Part shown: piece after piece, positions 27,191 to 32,000 of the stretch
Position numbering within the stretch: the first letter of the stretch is position 1
Layout: every line of letters starts with the position of its first letter
Assembly: GCA_964510585.1 (NCBI GenBank)
Contig: CAZECW010000140.1
Span: 22,135 to 54,134 of the forward strand
Direction of reading: 5' to 3'
DNA from: an uncultured archaeon
GTDB taxonomy: Archaea > Asgardarchaeota > Jordiarchaeia > Jordiarchaeales > Jordiarchaeaceae
Length of the DNA: 32,000 bases
Notes under the pieces: model-generated
What the model was told of the DNA's origin: nothing
What the model saw: the letters and a program-made list of their open reading frames with translations, nothing else
Database searches by the model: none
Made by a program: the position numbers and the translations under genes

Positions 27191-28654
27191 TCAAAGGTTT
27201 GGTTTTTTTCTATGAAAGGGAGTATTCTGTTCATAGGAGTATGCTAGCCGTATTATGGTTTCTTCGTCGAAAAAGCGTCCTATAATCTGCATCCCCACAG
27301 GTAAATTGTTTACAAAACCGCATGGAACAGAAATTGAGGGAACACCGGCTAGGTTTATTGGAACGGTATCTATATCAATCATGTACATACTCAGCGGATC
27401 TTCGATTTTTTCGCCAATTTTAAAGGGGGGCGTTGGCATTGTAGGAGCAATAAGGGCGGAATATTTTGATAGGGCTTTTTCAAAATCATTTTTTATCAAT
27501 GTTCTAATTTGGAGCGCCTTAAGGTAATACTTATCATAATATCCTGCTGAGAGGGCAAAGGTTCCAAGGATTATGCGCCGTTTAACTTCTGGTCCAAATC
27601 CCTTTTGGCGAGTCAGGCTAAAAACCTCATTCCAGTCGGCATCATCTTTTTCCGCCCGAAAACCATAACGGATACCATCAAATCTGGCTAGGTTTGAACT
27701 CGCCTCACACATTGCTATTAGGTAGTAAGTGGGAATGGAATAAACAATGTGGGGCATAGATATTTCGTCATAATGGGCGCCTAAATCCTCAAATTTGTGA
27801 ATGGCGTTCCAAACAAGTTTTTCTACAGCACTATCTGTTCCTTCACCAAAAAATTCCCTTGGAACCCCAAGTGTAAGGCCTCTAACATCGTCGACTAAAG
27901 CATTCATGTAATTTTTATTTGGGAAGGGCGCGGAGGTGCTATCGCGGTAATCATTTCCATTGATTATGCTCAATAACAAGGCGCAGTCTGTAACGTCCTT
28001 TGCCATCGGGCCTATTTGCTCTAAGCTATTAGCATAAGCCACAAGCCCATAGCGGCTTACTAGTCCGTAGGTCGGTTTTAATCCAACGATGGAACAGAAA
28101 CTTGCCGGACACCTTATGCTACCACCAGTGTCGCTTCCAAGGGCTAGTATTGTTTCATCCGCCGCTAAGGCGGCTGCGCTGCCTCCTGAAGATCCTCCAG
28201 TAACATGTTCTAATGACCAAGGATTACGAGAGTAGCCAAAAGCGCTATTCTCAGTGGAGGAGCCCATAGCAAATTCGTCCATGTTGGTTTTGCCGATAAT
28301 TATGGCGCCTTCTTTTTTAATACGCTCAATTACTGTGGCATCGAATGGCGGAATATAATTTTCAAGAATCTTTGAGCCACAAGTAGTAACCTTATCTTTT
28401 GTAGAAATAATGTCTTTAACCGCAATGGGTATACCGCTTAGCTTCCCTACGGTCTCACCCCTCCGAATTCTTTCATCGATTATTATTGCCTCCTCTAGAG
28501 CAGAATCTCGAAATAGTGAGATATATGCATGTATCTTTGACTCGAATTTATGTATACGTTCAAAAACCGAGTTTACTATCTCCTCGGAAGAAACTTCTCT
28601 TTTATCTATCATTTCTTTAAGTTCATGACAGGTCAATTCACTGTAATCCACCAT
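27191..28654 (-). CDS. gatA: Asp/Glu-tRNA amidotransferase subunit A
   Basis: Amidase signature GKTNMDEFAMGSS, GGSSGGSAAA, GSDTGGSIRCPA. Confidence 0.96.
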   Translation of the reverse strand: MVDYSELTCHELKEMIDKREVSSEEIVNSVFERIHKFESKIHAYISLFRDSALEEAIIIDERIRRGETVGKLSGIPIAVKDIISTKDKVTTCGSKILENYIPPFDATVIERIKKEGAIIIGKTNMDEFAMGSSTENSAFGYSRNPWSLEHVTGGSSGGSAAALAADETILALGSDTGGSIRCPASFCSIVGLKPTYGLVSRYGLVAYANSLEQIGPMAKDVTDCALLLSIINGNDYRDSTSAPFPNKNYMNALVDDVRGLTLGVPREFFGEGTDSAVEKLVWNAIHKFEDLGAHYDEISMPHIVYSIPTYYLIAMCEASSNLARFDGIRYGFRAEKDDADWNEVFSLTRQKGFGPEVKRRIILGTFALSAGYYDKYYLKALQIRTLIKNDFEKALSKYSALIAPTMPTPPFKIGEKIEDPLSMYMIDIDTVPINLAGVPSISVPCGFVNNLPVGMQIIGRFFDEETIIRLAYSYEQNTPFHRKKPNL

Positions 28655-28685
28655 TGCGGGTCACTTTTAGTGGTGAGTGAAGGCT

Positions 28686-28982
28686 TCAGATGATTTTTGG
28701 AGCTTTTATGAAAGAGTCTTCTTTTTGTGAAGCATTTCTCAAAGCATCTTCTTTGGGTAAGGAGGGCTCAACCTTATCTTCTCTCAGAACATTCACTAAA
28801 TTTAGAACGTGGTAAGTAGGTTCGATATTTGAGGTATCTATCTCATTAATTTTCTTGAAGTAGTCTAGCACTTCGTTTAATTGCTTTGTGAAGGCTTGTT
28901 TTTCTTCTTCGGTTAACTCTATCCTCGCAAGCCAGGCCACATGTTCAACTTGCTCTTTTGATATGGTTGAGTTTCTAGCCAT
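28686..28982 (-). CDS. gatC: Asp/Glu-tRNA amidotransferase subunit C
   Basis: EQVEHVAWLARIEL, LREDKV, FIKAPKI; ATG 28982. Confidence 0.94.
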   Translation of the reverse strand: MARNSTISKEQVEHVAWLARIELTEEEKQAFTKQLNEVLDYFKKINEIDTSNIEPTYHVLNLVNVLREDKVEPSLPKEDALRNASQKEDSFIKAPKII

Positions 28983-29048
28983 TTTAACCACAAGCGTTTA
29001 ACTATTTGAGGACTAGGATACGTTAAAAAGAGATTAATTTAAAGATTC

Positions 29049-29720
29049 TCACTTTGCTATTAGCTCAGCCAGCTTAACATTTAAATACCCACTGTCTTTT
29101 TGCCAAATTTTCTCAGATTCGACTATTTTTATAATGTTTTTAAAAAATGGTGCATCTAGTACTAGGGTTTCATATTCTCCTCCCTCCCCTGACAAGTTTA
29201 CTCCATACTTTTTATTTAGAGTAATTAAATCTTTTAGAGAGAATTCGTCCAGTTTGCGTCCTAACCAACTTTCATCGAAGCCTAGAGCGAATACGCCAGT
29301 AAAAATTATATTAAAATCACGTTTTATCATTTCTTTCAATATGAGTATTGGATCTTTATGCCAAAGTGGGTTTATGCTATGCAGTCCCAATTTGTCTGCG
29401 ACAAATTCTATGTGTGACCTCTGATACTCGCTGGCAATAGCGCCAGAAACAATACCATCAATATCCAATTGTTGAATCACGGCTTCCAAGTCCTTAACCT
29501 CTTCATCTTTAATCCCAGAAGATTGCCTTATAACATGAGGCAAACCTGCCGCTTTAGCCTGAAGCCGAGTTAACTCGATATTAGGCACATGAAACATATA
29601 ACTATCTGCTCTCTTGGGAAAAATAGACACTAAGGCCTTAATGGTATAAGATTGATCAATACACCACTGGGTAGCATAACTTGAATCTTTTCCGCCACTA
29701 AATAAGACAACCACATTCAA
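29049..29720 (-). CDS. dph6: Diphthine--ammonia ligase (Dph6/TIGR00289 family)
   Basis: PP-loop LFSGGKDS, SYMFH, GAIASEYQ, GEGGEYETLVLD. Confidence 0.9.
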   Translation of the reverse strand: MNVVVLFSGGKDSSYATQWCIDQSYTIKALVSIFPKRADSYMFHVPNIELTRLQAKAAGLPHVIRQSSGIKDEEVKDLEAVIQQLDIDGIVSGAIASEYQRSHIEFVADKLGLHSINPLWHKDPILILKEMIKRDFNIIFTGVFALGFDESWLGRKLDEFSLKDLITLNKKYGVNLSGEGGEYETLVLDAPFFKNIIKIVESEKIWQKDSGYLNVKLAELIAK

Positions 29721-30255
29721 TTATTATACACCCATAAAGGACCATACTATTATAATTATATCGTCTCGGAAAAAGGACATCTTAGCGGTCTGTTAGAAAT
29801 ACTATCGCACTGTTTAATACTTTGAATGTATTGGAACTTAAGTTTTTTGAAAATTTGATTTTTGGAGGATCCGAATCTCTAATATGGGCGCCGAGTTGAT
29901 ACTTTAACATACAAAACGGGATATATTCTATATATTTAGGTAACATTCCAGGTTTTGGGAAAAATTTGCTGGAGTCCTCATTTCCCTCTTTTAACATCTT
30001 TCCATAGAAAGGGGACGAGTATTTGCAGAGGCAAAGAAACATCCCAAAAAAATAAGCCAATACCGCCGAATAGCATTTTGATTAAACATATGGAATTGTT
30101 TGGCTGCCCTGGCAAAAGGGGGCGGTAAGGCTCCAAAAGTCAGAAGAAAGACAATATCAGATTTTTTGAAGAGCCTTCGCCACAAGGAAGAGAAACCTAA
30201 ATTAGAGCCCTTTCGAAAAAGTAGGAATGTTCTGCCAGACTGGTTTCATGAGCGG

Positions 30256-30320
30256 AATACATAATGTTAAACGAAACTTCTATAACAGAACATTATTTAT
30301 TTCCTAATACATAATGTTAA
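30256..30320 (+). promoter_or_regulatory. Two identical 15-bp repeats AATACATAATGTTAA (30256-30270, 30306-30320), possible operator upstream of srp54
   Basis: Exact direct repeat with 50-bp period, palindromic core ACAT-A-ATGT, inverted partial copy AACATTAT at 30289-30296. Confidence 0.5.
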
Positions 30321-30378
30321 TAATTACAGTGAGCATGGTTAAAAATAACACCGCTTCGCTTTTGAGGACGTGAGTATA

Positions 30379-31752
30379 ATGGTCTTAGAGAAATTGGGTG
30401 AAGGTCTTAGGAACGCGATAAATAAGATTCTGCGTTCAAATGTGGCAGATAGAGAAGCTGTCGAGGAATTAGTTAAAGAGCTTCAGAGAGCGCTGCTAAT
30501 GTCTGATGTAAACGTGGAACTTGTTTTTGAGTTAAGCGAGAGGATTAAGAAAAGAGCTCTTGACGAGACATTACCTCCAGGCATAAGTAGAAGAGAGCAT
30601 ATTGTGAAAATAGTTTATGACGAGTTAACCAATATTCTCGGTAAAAAAGCGTATCCTCTTGAGATAACTCCGGGAAAAGCAAATATTATCATGCTCGTAG
30701 GGATCCAAGGTTCTGGTAAAACAACTACAGTTGCTAAACTCGCAAGGTACTTCACTAAAAGAGGCATAAAAACAGGGGTGGTTTGCGCCGACACATTCCG
30801 TGCTGGTGCATATGAACAACTCTATCAGTTAGTTAGTGAATTGGGTGTAAAATTTTATGGAGATCCAAATAGTAAGAGTAGTGTCTCCGTAGCCAAGAAA
30901 GGAATAGAGGTACTGCAAAAAGAGGGGTGTGAAGCGATTATCGTTGATACTTCGGGAAGGCATAAGGAGGAAAAGGGGCTAATGAAGGAAATGCAAGACA
31001 TAGCAAAGGCCATTAATCCTCAGGAGATAATATTGGTGGTGGATGGAACCCTTGGGCAACAAGCATCTGTTCAAGCCCGAGCTTTTAAGGAAGCTACAAA
31101 TATTGGGTCTATAATTGTCACCAAGTTGGACGGTTCGGCTCGTGGGGGTGGCGCTCTTTCGGCAGTAGCAGCTACGGGAGCTCCAATTAAATTCATAGGC
31201 AATGGTGAAAAGATTGAAGACATTGAGAGTTTTAACCCAACCGGCTTTGTGGGGCGCCTATTAGGAATGGGCGATTTGCAAAGTCTTCTAGACAAAGTTA
31301 GAGAGGCGGAATTAACGCCGGATAAGGAGGCGGCTATGGCGTTTTTGAGCGGAAGGTTTACTTTAAAAGATTTTTATAATGCTATGGAGCAACTTAAGAA
31401 AATGGGTCCCGTAAGTAAAGTTTTGGAACTTTTAGGAGTTGGCGCCAAATTCCCAAATGAGTTAAAGGATGTTGCTGATGATAAAATGAAGTACTGGAAG
31501 GTGATGATGCAATCAATGACTAGGGAGGAACTGGTTAATCCCAAGCTAATCGACCGTTCTAGGATAATTCGAATTGCTAGAGGATCTGGAACACAACCGA
31601 AAGAGGTCAAGGAATTAATCGACCAGTATTTTGCAGCTAAAAAAGTAGCAAAGATGATGGGAAAGCAGAGGTTAAGAGGGAAACATGGAATGCAGATACC
31701 TCAAGGTATATCGCCAGAACAGATAAAGAAGTGGAAAGGAAAATTAGCATGA
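30379..31752 (+). CDS. srp54: Signal recognition particle protein SRP54
   Basis: MVLEKLGE, GIQGSGKTTT, DTSGRH, TKLDG, M domain FTLKDF...SMT..E; ATG 30379. Confidence 0.97.
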   Translation: MVLEKLGEGLRNAINKILRSNVADREAVEELVKELQRALLMSDVNVELVFELSERIKKRALDETLPPGISRREHIVKIVYDELTNILGKKAYPLEITPGKANIIMLVGIQGSGKTTTVAKLARYFTKRGIKTGVVCADTFRAGAYEQLYQLVSELGVKFYGDPNSKSSVSVAKKGIEVLQKEGCEAIIVDTSGRHKEEKGLMKEMQDIAKAINPQEIILVVDGTLGQQASVQARAFKEATNIGSIIVTKLDGSARGGGALSAVAATGAPIKFIGNGEKIEDIESFNPTGFVGRLLGMGDLQSLLDKVREAELTPDKEAAMAFLSGRFTLKDFYNAMEQLKKMGPVSKVLELLGVGAKFPNELKDVADDKMKYWKVMMQSMTREELVNPKLIDRSRIIRIARGSGTQPKEVKELIDQYFAAKKVAKMMGKQRLRGKHGMQIPQGISPEQIKKWKGKLA

Positions 31753-32000
31753 GAATTTTCAGCGTCGTGTTAAATAGTATTTCTACAATTAACAAAAGAA
31801 AACTTGATTTGGGACTTGTGGATAACACTATTTCAAGGCTTGGAGCATGTATAAGAGCTGCTTTTTTTCTTTCTCATGGAATCAGAAAAGATACAGTTCT
31901 CTATATTATAGTTAAAGATGAAAATTACACTATCAAGTTAGTGGGCAGTGAGTTAAGATATTTAGGACCAGACATAAGATCTACTTCTATTCTGTTAATG
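31749..32000 (+). CDS. trmY: tRNA pseudouridine(54)-N1-methyltransferase TrmY (SPOUT), 3' end outside window; absent from the ORF track
   Basis: Hand translation from ATG 31749 (ATGA overlap with srp54 stop): MRIFSVV...AAFFLSHGIRKD...GSELRYLGPDIRST, matching TrmY motifs as I recall them. Confidence 0.85.
   Translation, partial: MRIFSVVLNSISTINKRKLDLGLVDNTISRLGACIRAAFFLSHGIRKDTVLYIIVKDENYTIKLVGSELRYLGPDIRSTSILLM

Noticed and set aside
29782-30185. Two overlapping minus-strand ORFs (92 and 64 aa) as a split gene
   Set aside because: No recognisable motifs, no convincing SD, no BHB at the overlap.
178-31828. Numerous antisense/overlapping ORFs in the track (e.g. 178-795, 3718-4149, 7479-7844, 8084-8689, 22286-22726, 25858-26262)
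   Set aside because: Shadows of well-supported genes on the opposite strand; no family motifs.
1-32000. CRISPR arrays, transposases, integrases, rRNA, SRP RNA, RNase P RNA
   Set aside because: No regularly spaced repeats or diagnostic motifs found.

Overview
Archaeal core-genome window, most likely from an Asgard archaeon (inferred from a Rab-like GTPase, FtsZ1, GatCAB and GGTG/GGAGG Shine-Dalgarno sites). It holds the ftsZ-secE-spt5-rpl11-rpl1-P0-P1 cluster, alaS, valS, aRF1, pyrH, thiL, Lsm/rpl37e, an Nsun/NOP2 methyltransferase, nob1, eIF5A, Hsp20, PAC2, gatCAB, dph6, srp54 and the start of trmY. No mobile element or CRISPR array is visible. The striking feature is pervasive bulge-helix-bulge (BHB) splicing. 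Six tRNA genes, none shown in the ORF track, carry 14 introns that I folded by hand; 11 sit at non-canonical positions. These include an 8/9 intron with an apparent decoy 5' leader, an intron splitting an anticodon, and a 4-nt anticodon micro-exon. The moaE mRNA is also interrupted by a 27-nt BHB intron with two in-frame stops, and its removal restores the conserved WKKE...RWV C-terminus. This is a candidate protein-coding intron outside the known archaeal cbf5 case.
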